DNA from: Leucoraja ocellata
Taxonomy: Eukaryota
Reading direction: 5' to 3'
DNA: 64,000 nucleotides
NCBI GenBank assembly: GCA_036785375.1
Contig: JAWMAR010000342.1
Span: forward strand, 1,426,001-1,490,000
Below are positions 50,703-63,624 of this stretch, piece by piece; within the stretch, counting starts at the first letter, position 1; each line of letters opens with the position of its first letter. The notes under the pieces are model-generated. The model worked only from the letters and a program-made list of their open reading frames with translations. It searched no databases and had not been told where the DNA came from. A program made the translations under genes and the position numbers.

Positions 50703-50902
50703 NNNNNNNNNNNNNNNNNNNNNNNNNNNNNNNNNNNNNNNNNNNNNNNNNNNNNNNNNNNNNNNNNNNNNNNNNNNNNNNNNNNNNNNNNNNNNNNNNN
50801 NNNNNNNNNNNNNNNNNNNNNNNNNNNNNNNNNNNNNNNNNNNNNNNNNNNNNNNNNNNNNNNNNNNNNNNNNNNNNNNNNNNNNNNNNNNNNNNNNNNN
50901 NN
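50703..50902. other. assembly gap
   Basis: Run of N. Confidence 1.
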
Positions 50903-52560
50903 TTTATGTTTCTATAAGATATCCCCACATCCTTCTAAACTCCAGTGAATACAAGCCTAGTCTTTTCAATCTCTCCTCATATGACAGTCCCGCCATCCCA
51001 GGGATCAATCTCGTGAACCTTCGCTGCACTGCCTCAACACAAGGATGTCCTTCCTCAAATTAGGAGACCAAAACTGTACACAATACTCCAGATCTCACCA
51101 GAGCCCTTTACAACTGCAGAGGAACCTCTTTACTCCTATACTGAAATCCTCTTGTTATGAAGGCCAACATTCCATTAGCTTTCTTCACTACCTGCTAAGC
51201 CAACTTTCAGTGACCAGTGTACAAGGATGCCCAGGTCTCACTGCACCCCCCCCCCCCCTTACCTAACCTAACCCTATTGAGATAATAATCTGCCCCCTTG
51301 TTTTTGCCGCCAAAGTGGATAACCTCACATTTACCTATATTATACTGCATCTGCCCACTCACTCAACTTGTCCAGGTCACCCTGCAACCTCCTAACATCC
51401 TCTTCACAGTTCACACTGCCACCCAACTTTGTGTCATCCGCAAACTTGCTAGTGTTGCTCCTAATTCCCTCTTCCAAATCATTAATATATATGATAAACA
51501 GTTGCGGCCTCAACACCGAGCCTTGCGGCACTCCACTCGCCACTGCCTGACATTCTGAAAAGGACCCGTTCACTCCTACTCTTTGCTTCCGGTCTGCTTG
51601 CCAATTTTCTATCCATGTCAACACCCTACCCCCAATACCATGTGCTCTAATTTTAGTCACCAGTCTCTCGTGTGGGACCTTATCAAAGGCTTTCTGAAAG
51701 TCTAGATACACTACATCCACTGGCACCCCTTCATCCATTTTACTTGTCACATCCTCAAAAAATTCCAGAAGATTAGTCAAGCATGATTTCCCTTTCATAA
51801 ATCCATTTTGACTTGGACTAATCCTTTTACTGCTATCCAAATGCCCCATTATTACCTCTTTAATAATTGACTCCAGCATCTTTCCCACTACCGAAGACAG
51901 GCTAAATGGTTTGTAATTCCCCGTTTTCTCTCTCGCTCCTTTCTTGAAAAGTGGGATAACATTAGTTATCCTCCAATCCACAGGAACTGACCCTGAATCT
52001 ATTGAACATTGGAAAATGATCATCAATGCGTCCACTATTCCTAGACCCACCTCCCTGAGGACCCTGGGATGCAGACCATCAGGCCCAGGGGATTTATCAT
52101 CCTTCAGTCCCATTAGCCTACCCAATACTATTTCTCGCCAAATGAAAATTTCTTTCAGTTCCTCTACCCCCTTAGTTCCTCTGTCCTCCAGTACATCTGG
52201 GAGATTGTTTGTGTCTTCCTTAGTGAAGACAGATCAGAAGTACCTATTCAACTCTTCTGCCATTTCCTTGTTGCCCATAATAATTTCACCCCTGTCTGCT
52301 TTCAAGGGACCCACATTTGACTTTGCTACTCTTTTTCCCTTAACATATCTAAATAAGCTTTTACGGTCCTTATTTATATTCCTGGCCCGCTTCCCTTCAT
52401 ACTACTTCTTTTCAGCCCGTATTGCCCATTTTGTTTCCTTCTGTTGACCTACGAAAGTTTCCCAATCCTCTGTCTTCCGGCTACTCTTTGCTGTGTTATA
52501 CATCTTTTCATTTAGTTTTATTCAATCCCTGACTTTTCTTGTCAGCCACGGTTGCCTTCT
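50903..52560 (-). mobile_element. CR1-type LINE ORF2 (RT) fragment
   Basis: ORF 51340-52125 with KSPGPDGLHP, YLDFQKAFDKVPH, SGVPQGSVL and KFADDTKL, with frameshifts around it. Confidence 0.92.
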
Positions 52561-54203
52561 AAAAGGCTGACAAGACAAGATAACCCAACCACATTTTAGT
52601 TTGGAAGTGGAAAGAACTAATAGAAATTGCATTAATTGCAATGTGTAAAAAGAGTTGAGATATTGTCTTATCATTTTGCTGCATGTCATTGTGGGATATA
52701 TCATGTCTTGATTGGTGAATACTTTTAGTTTGTGACATTATTTGAAGCAGAAATAATATGTGAATGCTTCATTGAGCATAATTCCGACTGGTAACTACGC
52801 ACTTCGGCTGAGCACATTATCGCACGCGTCATGCAAGCAGTCTTAAATGACCACCTAAACTATCATTTGGCAAACTAAAAAGCTGCCAAGGTTGCCCGGC
52901 TGGCAACAGGGAAAAAAAGTTAAGTGAGAGCCTTGTAGTCCCTCCGGAAGGGGCGTGGCCTTCAGGATAGAGAATCTCAACTTTTATTAAACACTAATAA
53001 CTTTTATTTTTCATCGATGGGGAAAAATCCTCTTGTGCTGCGCAGCGGAGGGGGACTCTGAGTAAGATGGCCAAAAATCACAGCCGTAAGTGGCAGCGTT
53101 ATTTCTACAATCAATATATAGAACAACAGGAAGTGGTCAACATCAGACTTTTAGTAATATACTAGACCAAGTGCAGACCCGTTGGGTCTGTTCCCCCAAC
53201 GTGTGGTTGTGGGTGGGGGGAGGCGGCATGCAGCGTCACACACTAACTACCCCCCCCCTCTCGCACTCACGCTAATGGAGGGGAGGGGGAGAGAGGGAGG
53301 GAGGGGGGGAGAGGGGGGGGAGAGAGGGGGTGGAAGAGAGAGGGAGGAGGAGAGGGGGGAGGGAGGGGGGGAGAGGGAGGAGGGGGGGGGGGGGAGAGAG
53401 AGTGCCTTTTTACTTCAACCCAAACCCAAACAGCTATTTGCAGGCAGTGCTTTTTTACCTCTAACTATATTTTCATTTTCAAACCAAATTAAGGGTACTC
53501 ACAGTGCTGTAGACATTTGTCAGTGTCATTCAAAGCTCTGATTGAGGCACACCACTTGCAGAGACTGATTGAGGCACACCCTTTCCTGGTTTTATAGTCG
53601 CTCCCCCTCCCTCCAGCAGGGGCAGCAGAGAGAATGGGGAATGTTGTAAAAACATTAATATCTCTGTCAATTTTCATCGATGGGAAAAGTCCTCGGCACA
53701 CACGCGGCGGAGGGGGGCTCTGAGCGAGGTGGCCAAAAATGACGGCCGTAGGTGGCGGCGTACTCTCGGAAACCGCAGCACAGAAAGCCGAAACCGGTCA
53801 AGAACAGAGTTTTAGTAATATAGATACTAGACCAAATTCAAACCCACTGGGTCTGTTCCCCCCAACGCTGAGGCTGCACATGCACACTAACCAGATGGGT
53901 GGGGGGGGGGGGGAAGGGAGGGGGGATGGGGAGGGGCAGAGAGGGGGAGGGGGAGAGAGGGTGGTGGGAGGAAGGAGGAGGAGATGGGGAGAGGGGAGGA
54001 GGAGATGGAGAGAGGGAGAGGATGAAGGGTGGAGATGTGGGAGAGATTGGGGAGGGGAACAGGGGGGGGAAGGGAGAGAGTGGGGAATGGGGAGGAGAGG
54101 AAAGCGGGAAGGGGAGAGGGGTGGGGGAGGGGATGTGAGAGGGGTGGAGAGAGGGGGAGGGGGAGGGGGGAAGGGGGAGAGATGGGTGGAGGGGGAGAGG
54201 GGT

Positions 54204-55683
54204 CAGAATTAACATTAAAATTTCAATTGAAATATCTCCTGACCAAATTTGTGATGCATATGACCGACTAGAAGTAAAACCTGGATAAATCTTACCGAAT
54301 AGTTGTGAATGTTGCTCATTAAATAACTACAGTACTGATACTCCATATTAAGAGCATTGATTTGCCATTAAAATGATTTCTGTAATAACGTGTCAACAGT
54401 AGCAGTGACAATCGAACACTGCGGTTTTAATGTTTCACGTGTTCACAATTTAATTAATCCATCTTTATGGACTAAAACAAATAATAACATTGGGAATTAA
54501 ACCACATTTGATTGCATTCCATTATCAAACATTGTCTATGTTCACTCTGAAGACATTTCCAGCGCAGTAGGGTCGGGGAGGGGGGGGGGGGGGGGTGAAT
54601 CGGTGCGGGATGGATAGATGGGGGGGGGGGGGGGGGTGAGAAGGCAATCGTTGTGGGATGGATGGATTGATTGAGGCAGGGGAATTAGTGCATGGTGGTT
54701 GGAGTAGGTAACATTGTGAGAGGAAAGCGCGGGGGATGTCAGTGGGGATCAGTACAAGATAGATGGGGGGGATCGATACAGGATGGGTGGAGGGGTTTAG
54801 TACAGGATGAATGCGGGGAATCAGTACAGGATGAATGTGAGGATCAGTACAGGATGGATTGGGGAGGGGGGGGTCAGTGCATGATGAATGGGGGGAATCA
54901 GTACAGGATGAATGGGGAGCAGTGCAGGATGGATGGGTAGGGGGGTCAGTACAGGATGAATTGGGGCACCAGTGTAGGAAGGATGGGGTGTGGCAGGAGA
55001 ATCAATGCGAGGTGGATAGGGTGATCAGTGCAGGATGGAGAGGAAAGGTCCCAGGATAAGGGGGGTGTACAAGAGAGAGAGAGAGAGAGAGAGAGGGTGG
55101 GGAGGAAGGAAGGTCAGCGCTCCGTGGACATCACCGGCATCATCGCCCCGCTGCATTGGCCGTCCGTGTCCACCGCCAAGTGCCGCCGCCAAAAGGGGAG
55201 GCAGTTGGAATCTCCTTGCCACCCCCTCCCCACCTCTGTCACCAACAGGAAGGTGCGGGGCCGAGCGGTGCAGGTGCTTCAGGTGGCGGAAGGGGGCCTC
55301 CTCCCTCCTCCCATCCTCGGCGTGCGGGAGGGTTTGTTTTGAATGCAGTTATCGCAGTTGGTGGAGTGGCACGCAGCGGCTGCTATGAGGGCGGGCATGG
55401 TGCAGGAGGAGGTGGAGCCGCCACTGCTGCCGTGCGGGCCTGTCATTCGCTCGGACCCTCCGTCACCTCGCATTACAGCCATCACCGCCGCCGACCAGAA
55501 ACACCACTTATTCCTTTTCTCCAGAGATGCTGCCTGACCCGTTGAGTTACACCAGTTTTTTGTGTCTACGGTATAAACCAGTATCTGCAGTATCAAGCCA
55601 GGCGAAATGACAGGGCTTTTAGGTTGCCCGGCGGGACTTTAGGTGGCCATTGGCACCCGGGCAACTGTTAATTTTGAGCCCTG
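54204..55683 (-). mobile_element. truncated copy 4 of the CAGGGCTC transposon
   Basis: Ends ...gttaattttgagccctg at 55683 and is the reverse complement of 32387-34150 without the 93-nt insertion. Confidence 0.85.
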
Positions 55684-58600
55684 GGAGGGGTGTGTGTGGG
55701 CAGGAGGTGTGTGAGGGGGTGGAGGTGAAAAACGGATTAAAACTGCGAGGCGCTTTAAAACCAGAGGTTTTTTAAAAGTAAACGGGATAAAAGCAGAGCC
55801 TGAACACAATCTCAGTTAATGAACACCAATTAATTTGATCAAAATGGAGTCTTTCCTGTGTGATCAACCATTGGTAGGGGGAAGAGGGGGTTGAATGAGC
55901 CGAGGGGGTGTTGGCTGCATTTTTGAGGCAGCGAGGGGGAAAGGGTGAAAGGGGCGAATAACCCGAGGGGGGAGGGGGTGGGGTTGTGAATAACCCGGGT
56001 GAGGGCGGGGGGTGTGGCACTCGGCAGCTTGAAAGCCCATTGTGATTGGTTCACTGAGAGTGGCATTGTGACATCATCATTGGAAGCTCCTGGAAAAAAA
56101 GGCTGTCCGTTACCGTTGGCAATGTCCCATTGTGATGTCATTTCTGGCACTCGGCAGCTTGAGAGCTCATTGTGATTGCTGCACTGTGAGTGGCATTGTG
56201 ACATTAGAAAGTCCTGGGAAAAGGCTTTGTGGGAGAACCTTTTTTTGCCTTTTTTAAAAAAAAACTTGAATCGTCAATAACTTCTGAAATATCTATCTAT
56301 CTATTATTTAATATATAAAACTCAAATCCATCCGTCCGCCTGCAGTACGGATCCCTTCCTGCCTTTTGATTCGTTGACGGCTGCTCCTTCCTATCAGCTT
56401 CCAACACACTTCGAAACAAAGTTGCAAGACAGGAACACTGAACTTTTCACTGCTGCAGCAGGCAGGGGAGGTGCAATTGAGGGAGGCAGGGGAGTGCTGG
56501 AAACTTACATTTGGCAACGGCTTCAGTTCCATTGGAGGAGACGGGTGCATGGTGGAATATTGGGTTGGGGGAATCACACCATTGGGGGAGCAGACCCAAC
56601 GGGTCTGCACTGGGTCTAGTATATATATAAAGGTCTGTGGCTGCCGCCTGCCGTCCGGCTGCCAGCTGCCTTTCTTCCTTTTGATTCGCTGCTCCTTCCT
56701 GTCAGCTTCCAACACACTTCGAAACAAAGTTGCAAGACAGGAACACTGAACTTTTCACTGCTGCAGCAGGCAGGGGAGGTGCAATTGAGGGAGGCAGGGG
56801 AGTGCTGGAAACTTACATTTGGCAACGGCTTCAGTTCCATTGGAGGAGACGGGTGCATGGTGGAATATTGGGTTGGGGGAATCACACCATTGGGGGAGCA
56901 GACCCAACGGGTCTGCACTTGGTCTAGTATACGATAAAATCTTGTGAACCTGATTACTACGCGGAGGGGGGAAATGCGAGTCAGATTATGTAAACATTTA
57001 AACGCTAGCCCGTAGCGTTTTGAGGAGGGTAGAAAAACACATACGGAAACAGACACACACGCATACATACAAGATGAGACTTTTAATAAGATACTAGACC
57101 AAGTGCAGACCCGTTGGGTCTGCTCCCCCAATGCAGCCGTTCCCCACCCGTAGCCCCCACGGGAGACGTGGTCCTCCAACCTTTAACAAAGGATTTTATT
57201 AAAAATGTGTACGACGAAATTTAATGAGGAGTGGTTACTTGGAATGATGTGAAATCTCTACCGAAATGGGAAAAATCAGGGCGTTTGTGGGTCGGGTGTT
57301 GTCGTGGCAACGAATCAAAGGCTGGCAGCCACAAGTCAGAAACACACACAGCCACACAGCCAGACACACACACAGTTATTATATAGATATAGATAGATAG
57401 GTACAAATATAGATACAAACAAGATGAGAGTTTTATAGATAGATAGATAGATTGATTTTGATTTGCTATTTTTGTATGCCAATTTCACAACTAAAGCTTG
57501 TCTTTATTTATTCCACATTAATGTATCCGTTTTCATGACAATTAAGTCAATATCTGAAGATGTCTTTGAGGAACCTGTTGTCATCTAAATTTGAATAGAT
57601 TAGTTTAAATACCAGAATAAAGTTAAATAGGTGTATCTTTTTGTGTCAAATTTCAGAACAAATTGTTGCACTTGCAAATCATGCGCAAGTTTTAAAATAT
57701 TTACATTTTGAACTAGTAACTAATAAAACATCTGAACTGCAATAGGCGTTTAAAATGGGATAGCTGCTACAGGCATCTGAAACAAAGTTGGCATGAATAC
57801 CTTTCTTTTTGCAATTTTTCTCACTTCCCCTTTGAACATAACTGTTTTGCAAATGTCATGCTCTAATTTTTAACCTAGTATAACAATCTAGGAAATAGCA
57901 GTAGGAGAAGGCCATGTAACCACCTCAAGTCTGCTCTATTTTTCTGTACAATCATGCCCAATCCCTACAACCCTTGATTCTCCTATCGTCCTAGATAACT
58001 CAACACCCACATCTAGGACAAAGAATTGCAAAGATTTACATCCTGAGTGAAAACAAAGTCCTTATTCCTAGTCCTAAATGGCTGATCCTTTCTTTTAAGA
58101 TTATATCACTGTCTTGTACATTTGCATGCTTTCAAAAATATCTTCTCTGCCAAACCTACCCAGAACCCTGTCTCACTAAGAATATCAGATATTCTTCAAA
58201 CTCCTGGGAATAGAGATCCATTTAATCACTTCTCATAATATTGTCCTAATCCCAGGAATTGATCTGGTGAATGTTTACACCAAAAAAAATGGTCTCGAAA
58301 ACAAGGAGACAAAGGAGACTAAAGCTAATGGTGTGGCCCAAGAGTGGTCAGGCTTACTTCTGTAAACCGATTTCCTTGTTGCAACTTATTTTCATACATA
58401 ATGTAACAAACCTGGTTTGCATACCTGGTTACATTACAGACAATTCCTTCATCTAAGGCATTAACGTAGAATCTAACCATGTAATGTTCTATTTCTTATT
58501 CTTGATGCATGACAATGAGTTGGCCAAGTGAAAATTACTTTTTATAAACCCCTGCCGTTTATAAACATGAGAAACACAGCATGAATAATTGTCACATGCA

Positions 58601-59298
58601 ATATTTAACTGCTTTTAAGGTACCAACTCATTTGAAACGTGTGTATTTCCTGTCTGTTAATGGAATTGGATTTGTAAGAGCAGAAGAACATACCGTTTAC
58701 AAATCAATCTTCTAATTTGTTCCAGATTTTGCAATCAGAAGTTTAAGAAAACACATTGCGCTCCCCAGTCTAATCTCTTAAATCCTTTAAGACAACTTTT
58801 TGAAAAGGAGCCGAAAACATTTCTTTAACTTCTGCTTTGGTTTCAAGAATGCCATGCATTTGAATCTTACAACTGAAGCAAAATTGATGTTTAGCAACAA
58901 TAATATTAATTGCACAGTACACTGTAATCCTTTGACAAATAAAACGTTCCTCTGATCTGTTTAAATAATACCATGAGTAACTTGAATTCCCTTTTTAGCA
59001 TGGCTCTAATGTTTTGGGTTTGTCAAACATACTCAAAGGCAATAAATCTTAGCAATACTTCTGTTGTTAAATAGATAACAGAAAGGAGGACTAAGTTTAG
59101 TGTATTGTACATTTTGCTATTGAAACACACTGCAGCAATATTTGCTAACTTGATATTTTGTATTTTGTTTCATATCATATACTAGGCGTTTCTATATTGT
59201 TTCCTCTTGTATATGTTACATACTTTTAGTTTGTTATGTTATTAAAATACTGTGGCGGGAGTTCCAGAACAGTAAATTTATGTTATTTTGTTGTGCAG

Positions 59299-59424
59299 AT
59301 AATGGAGAATGCAGAAATCAACAACATTATCAAGATAGTAGGTCTTCAGTACAAGAAAAGTTATGATGATGCAGAGTCATTGAAATCTCTTCGCTATGGC
59401 AAGATTATGATCATGACTGATCAG
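59299..59424 (+). CDS. TOP2B: TOP2B exon 13
   Basis: tgcag|ATA...CAG|gtcag. Encodes IMENAEINNIIKIVGLQYKKSYDDAESLKSLRYGKIMIMTDQ. Confidence 0.97.
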
Positions 59425-59654
59425 GTCAGCATATTATATAAAATTCATCTTAATTAAAAATGCATACATGAGGGTATCCTGCATAAATATTACAGGAAGT
59501 CTGTTTCATGAGCACGCAAACTGACACAGTACTATCAATGTTCTGGGAATCAGTGCATAAGATCTGTTAAGACAAATCAAGGACTACAAATTGCTTATGA
59601 CAATCACAGTATCTCTGAGAGCTTTAGGTTTTCAGAGTCAACCTAACCAAATCA

Positions 59655-60290
59655 GAATATTGTGCAGGAAGGAACTAGATGCTGGTTTACTCTGAAGATA
59701 GACACAAATTGCTGGAGTAACTCAGCTGGATAGGCTGCATCTCTGGATATAAGGAACGGGTGACGTTTCGGGTCGAGGCCCTTCTTCAGATTGAGCATCA
59801 GGGGAGAGGGAATTACAGAGATCAAGTGTAAGAGATCAAAAGAGATGCAGATCAAGGAAAATGTAGAATTGACTATTGTTAGCTAGGAGAAGGTGACAAC
59901 AAAGCAGACAGAGATACAATGTAATCAGATGGACAGTCAGACTGGTCAGAGAACCGGGAAGGGGGAGGGATGGAGTGAGAGGGAAAGAAAGGATAACTAA
60001 GTTAGAGAAGTCAATATTCATACCGCTGGGGTGTAAGCTGCTCAAGCGAAATATGAGGTGCTGTTCCTCCAATTTGGGCTGGGTCTTGCTTTGACAATTG
60101 AGGAGGCCCAGGACAGAAAGGTCAGTGTGGGAATGGGATGGGGGGGTTAAAGTGTTTTGCAACCGGGAGATCAGGTAGGTTTAGGCAAACTGAGCGGAGG
60201 TGCTCAGCGAAACGTTCGCCAAGCCTGCGCTTGGTCTTGCCGATATATGGGAGTCCACACCTGGAACAGCGGATACAGTAGATGAGGTAT
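59655..60290 (-). mobile_element. Penelope-like retroelement 3' part: GIY-YIG endonuclease, 3'UTR and terminal repeat
   Basis: Minus-strand LIYCIRCSRCGLPYIGKTKRRLGERFAEHLRSV ... LEEQHLIFRLSSLHPSGMNIDFS (GIY-YIG with CxxC). Confidence 0.85.
59760..59789 (-). ncRNA. minimal type I hammerhead ribozyme-like motif
   Basis: Minus strand CTGAAGA-A-GGG(CCTCGA)CCC-GAAACGTC: conserved core boxes, 3-bp helix II and palindromic ACGT helix III. Helix I is weak. Confidence 0.6.
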
Positions 60291-60449
60291 TTTATTTATG
60301 TTTGTGATTGAAATGTTCCATGCATCTGAAAAGATGACTTCCCTAACAACCCTGTAAAGGATTTTTAAGATTGATGTAGTGACTGCAATTGTAATCACAT
60401 TGGTATAATTCGGAGCTTGGTGTTTGTGTTTTGGTGCTTATAAAACTAT

Positions 60450-61560
60450 ACAGCATGGAAACAAACCATTTGGCCCAACTTGTCCATGCCAACCAAGGTG
60501 CCTTTCAGGGCTAGTCCCATTTGCCTGCATTTGGCCCACATTCCTCTAAACTGTTCTTATCTGTGTACCTGTCCAAATGCCTTTTAAATGTTATAATTGT
60601 ATTGACATCTCGCAGCTTGCTTTATATAGCTGCAACACTTTATGGAAAAGGTTGCCCCTCAGATCCCTTGACACAAGTCCTCTCTTACTGTAAAGTTATG
60701 CCCAATAGTTTTGCTTTCTCCTACATTGGGAAAAAGTCTGTAACAGTCCATCTTATCTATGCCCCTCATGATTTTATAAATTCACACCCTTGCCTCTTAT
60801 GCTCCAGAGTGGGGATAAAGGCTGCCTTTCCAGTCTCTCAAGTTGTCCAGCCGCAACAACATACTTGTGAATCTTTTCTGCACTCTCATTTGATCACATC
60901 CTTCTTATAGTGTGATGACCAGAACCACACTCATGTAAGATGACGACCTGGCTCTTGTACTTAATGCCTTGTCCGATGAAGGCAAGTATGCCAAATGCTG
61001 CCTTCCACCTTGTCTACCTGTGTTGCAACTTTTAGAAACTATGTACTTGTACCCTGGGGTCTCTCTGTTCTACAATGTTTCCCAGAAACCAGTGTATGCC
61101 TTGACCTGGTATAACTTCCCAATATGCATCATTTCACACTTGTCTGAGTTAAATTCCACCTGTCATTCCTTGGCCCACTTTCCCAGTTGATCTAGACCCC
61201 TGTTGTAACAAGAGGCAACCTTCTTTGTTATGCGCCAACAGCGTCATTATTTATTTATTTAATAAAATAATTGTGTCATCCGTAAACTTACTTATCATGC
61301 CACTACATTCTCATCTAAATCATTAATATAACCTTCAAGATGGAAACAACTATCCACTGCCACTCTCTGACTCGTACCATCATACTAATTTAGTAGGTAA
61401 ATGGTTACCTCACCTAGGATCTAACCTTCCAGGTCAGCCTATTATGCAGGACCTTGTCAAAAGTTTTGCTAATGTCCCTGTAGATCATATTTATTGCCAT
61501 GCCTTCGTCAATCCTCTTGATTGCCTCTTTGAAAACCTCAATAACAAATTTGTGAGACAC
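60450..61560 (-). mobile_element. degraded CR1-type LINE
   Basis: CR1-like 3'UTR at 60450-60600 and RT remnants (gtgtcatccgtaaactta = KFTDDT; ggaccttgtcaaaagtttt). Confidence 0.65.
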
Positions 61561-62702
61561 TATTTCTCACGCACAAATCTCTTGGTTCACTTTTGTGTGG
61601 CATCCCTATTTAGTTCCAGCAGTATCCATCATTGGATTTGCCTTCAAATTGATAATATGGCCGAGGAGAGTTCATTCTTTCCTCTATTGATGTTTTGAGA
61701 ATGGCATCCTTACTGGCTTACTGTTGTTCACTGTTGGTGTTTGGTGTTGGTGTTTGTGTCCTCACTGTTGTTCACGATGAAGCAATGCCAGGACAGCTGA
61801 TAGTGCTTCATTGTAAAGTAGTGGGACAGCCTTTGCAAAAAAGACCTTGTACGGTCTGCTTCAGATTTTTCCACTTCTATTTTATGTGGTATGGGAGCCT
61901 GCTTAACCTTAGCCTGCATAACACCCAGGTAACTTTATCCACGAATAACCTCAAATTCAGGATTTCTCTGAAGAAGATTTGGATTTGCGGAGAGCAGTTC
62001 GCAGTGAAAATTGATCTGACATCCTCCTTAATCTTGTGGGATAGACCATCATCTCATGAATATGGTTCCAGATCTGAATGGAAAATATAAGTGAAAGAAA
62101 AATGGTTAAGACATAACGAAAATCAGGCGCATAGGAAGGAGGAAAAATGAAGTTGATAGATTTTTTTGAAAGATGGAGCAAATTATTTTTCTTATCCACA
62201 CAAACCTATGACAAAATAATCAAAAACTGATGACTGTACTTTATCTCATTCTTTTTCATTAGACCTTAGCACACTTAATTACCTAATTTTTGTTTTTTAT
62301 GGTAATTCCACTTCAAAATAATGCTTTGGCAGTGAAGTGTTTAAGATGGGCGTGGTCTCTCAGAGAGGATCTGTGTAAATGTGATTGAAAATTCTTTCTT
62401 TCTGACTGTTTCCTGGACCAGTGTTGCAATACTGAAAGCTTTGGGTCATGGAATTTCATACTTTGATTATAGGGTAAGCAAAAAAATAATACCTGTAAAA
62501 ACCAATGCAAAAAACTTTGGTATGTAAAGAGAGGCAAATCCATTGCAGTAAAAGAAAAAAGGATAACTATCACTGAAGCAAACATCATGAAGACTGCTAT
62601 GAACGAAAGATTTGTTGAATTGTACAAGCAAAAATCTTTGAAGTTTATAATTATGATGATCAAAAGAGTTGATATTAATTTGCATATTTTTAAATGTTAC
62701 AG

Positions 62703-62813
62703 GACCAGGATGGCTCTCACATCAAAGGCTTGCTGATTAACTTCTTTCATCACAACTGGCCATCTCTTTTGAGACATCATTTCTTGGAGGAATTCATTAC
62801 TCCTATCGTAAAG
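62703..62813 (+). CDS. TOP2B: TOP2B exon 14 (TOPRIM DxD)
   Basis: tacag|GAC...AAG|gtgag. Encodes DQDGSHIKGLLINFFHHNWPSLLRHHFLEEFITPIVK. Confidence 0.97.
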
Positions 62814-62903
62814 GTGAGTAAACCTTTGCCACCATCTAAATCTTATTGCTGCAGATAAAAATAAATATATGTAGTACTATTTATTATTATTTTTTTAATA
62901 AAG

Positions 62904-63009
62904 GCTACCAAGAATAAACAAGAATTGGCATTCTACAGCATTCCTGAATTTGATGAATGGAAAAAACACGCAGAAAACAACAAATCTTGGAAAGTAAAAT
63001 ACTACAAAG
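62904..63009 (+). CDS. TOP2B: TOP2B exon 15
   Basis: taaag|GCT...G|gttcg. Encodes ATKNKQELAFYSIPEFDEWKKHAENNKSWKVKYYK. Confidence 0.95.
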
Positions 63010-63253
63010 GTTCGTAATATAAAAGCTTAATTCAAAATAGTCAAGAGTAAGAACCGAGGAGGTGGTGTACACCTGACCATTTAATTTAGTAATTTTGTAT
63101 TTTTGCGCAGCTGGCAACAAGTTATTTTAATACTGATATACTTTCGAACTGGAGTTTGATTCTGCCAATCGCAGGTACTCATTAGAGCTAAAGTTAAGTA
63201 ATAATCATATTAAATACACATATAATTACTGGAATATGTGATGTCTCATACAG

Positions 63254-63363
63254 GTCTCGGTACCAGCACATCAAAAGAGGCAAAAGAATACTTTGCTGAT
63301 ATGGACAGACACCGCATAATGTTTCGATATAATGGCCCAGAAGATGATGCCGCAATCACCCTG
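63254..63363 (+). CDS. TOP2B: TOP2B exon 16 (gene continues beyond window)
   Basis: tacag|GT...CTG|gtatt. Encodes GLGTSTSKEAKEYFADMDRHRIMFRYNGPEDDAAITL. Confidence 0.96.
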
Positions 63364-63624
63364 GTATTTTAAATAAATCCATTGAATGCTTTTCAAAGAC
63401 GGTTTAGCAATTAAAATTTACATTCTGTACTATTATTGTAATTAAACATTATGATTGCATTATTGGCATTTGTTACAGGAGTACTAAAATTAACATCTGG
63501 TGATTAAAAGCACTAAAACGAATGTGTTTTTAGTCCAAATGATTTCAATATCAATGGATTTTAAGTTAGTTTATAAACTTTTTTTTAATAACTTGGCTAT
63601 AGTGAGTTAGTGAATAATTAGTTC

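Larger units (their letters stand above)
49505..52935 (+). mobile_element. copy 3 of the CAGGGCTC transposon (both TIRs; contains gap and CR1)
   Basis: TAGTC|CAGGGTTCGAAATTAGC ... GTTAAGTGAGAGCCTTG|TAGTC. Confidence 0.88.
45710..57445 (-). mobile_element. cluster of about 9-10 non-autonomous Helitrons with nested insertions in TOP2B intron 12
   Basis: Repeated hairpin+CTAG|T 3' ends (53162, 53827 and 57094 on minus; 56619 and 56927 on plus; degenerate at 45710, 46591, 47984 and 48577) and TCTATATTACTAAAA-type 5' ends. Confidence 0.8.

Noticed and set aside
21755-63363. Alternative assignment as TOP2A
   Set aside because: The LTWV|TLF N-terminus and adjacency to NGLY1 indicate TOP2B.
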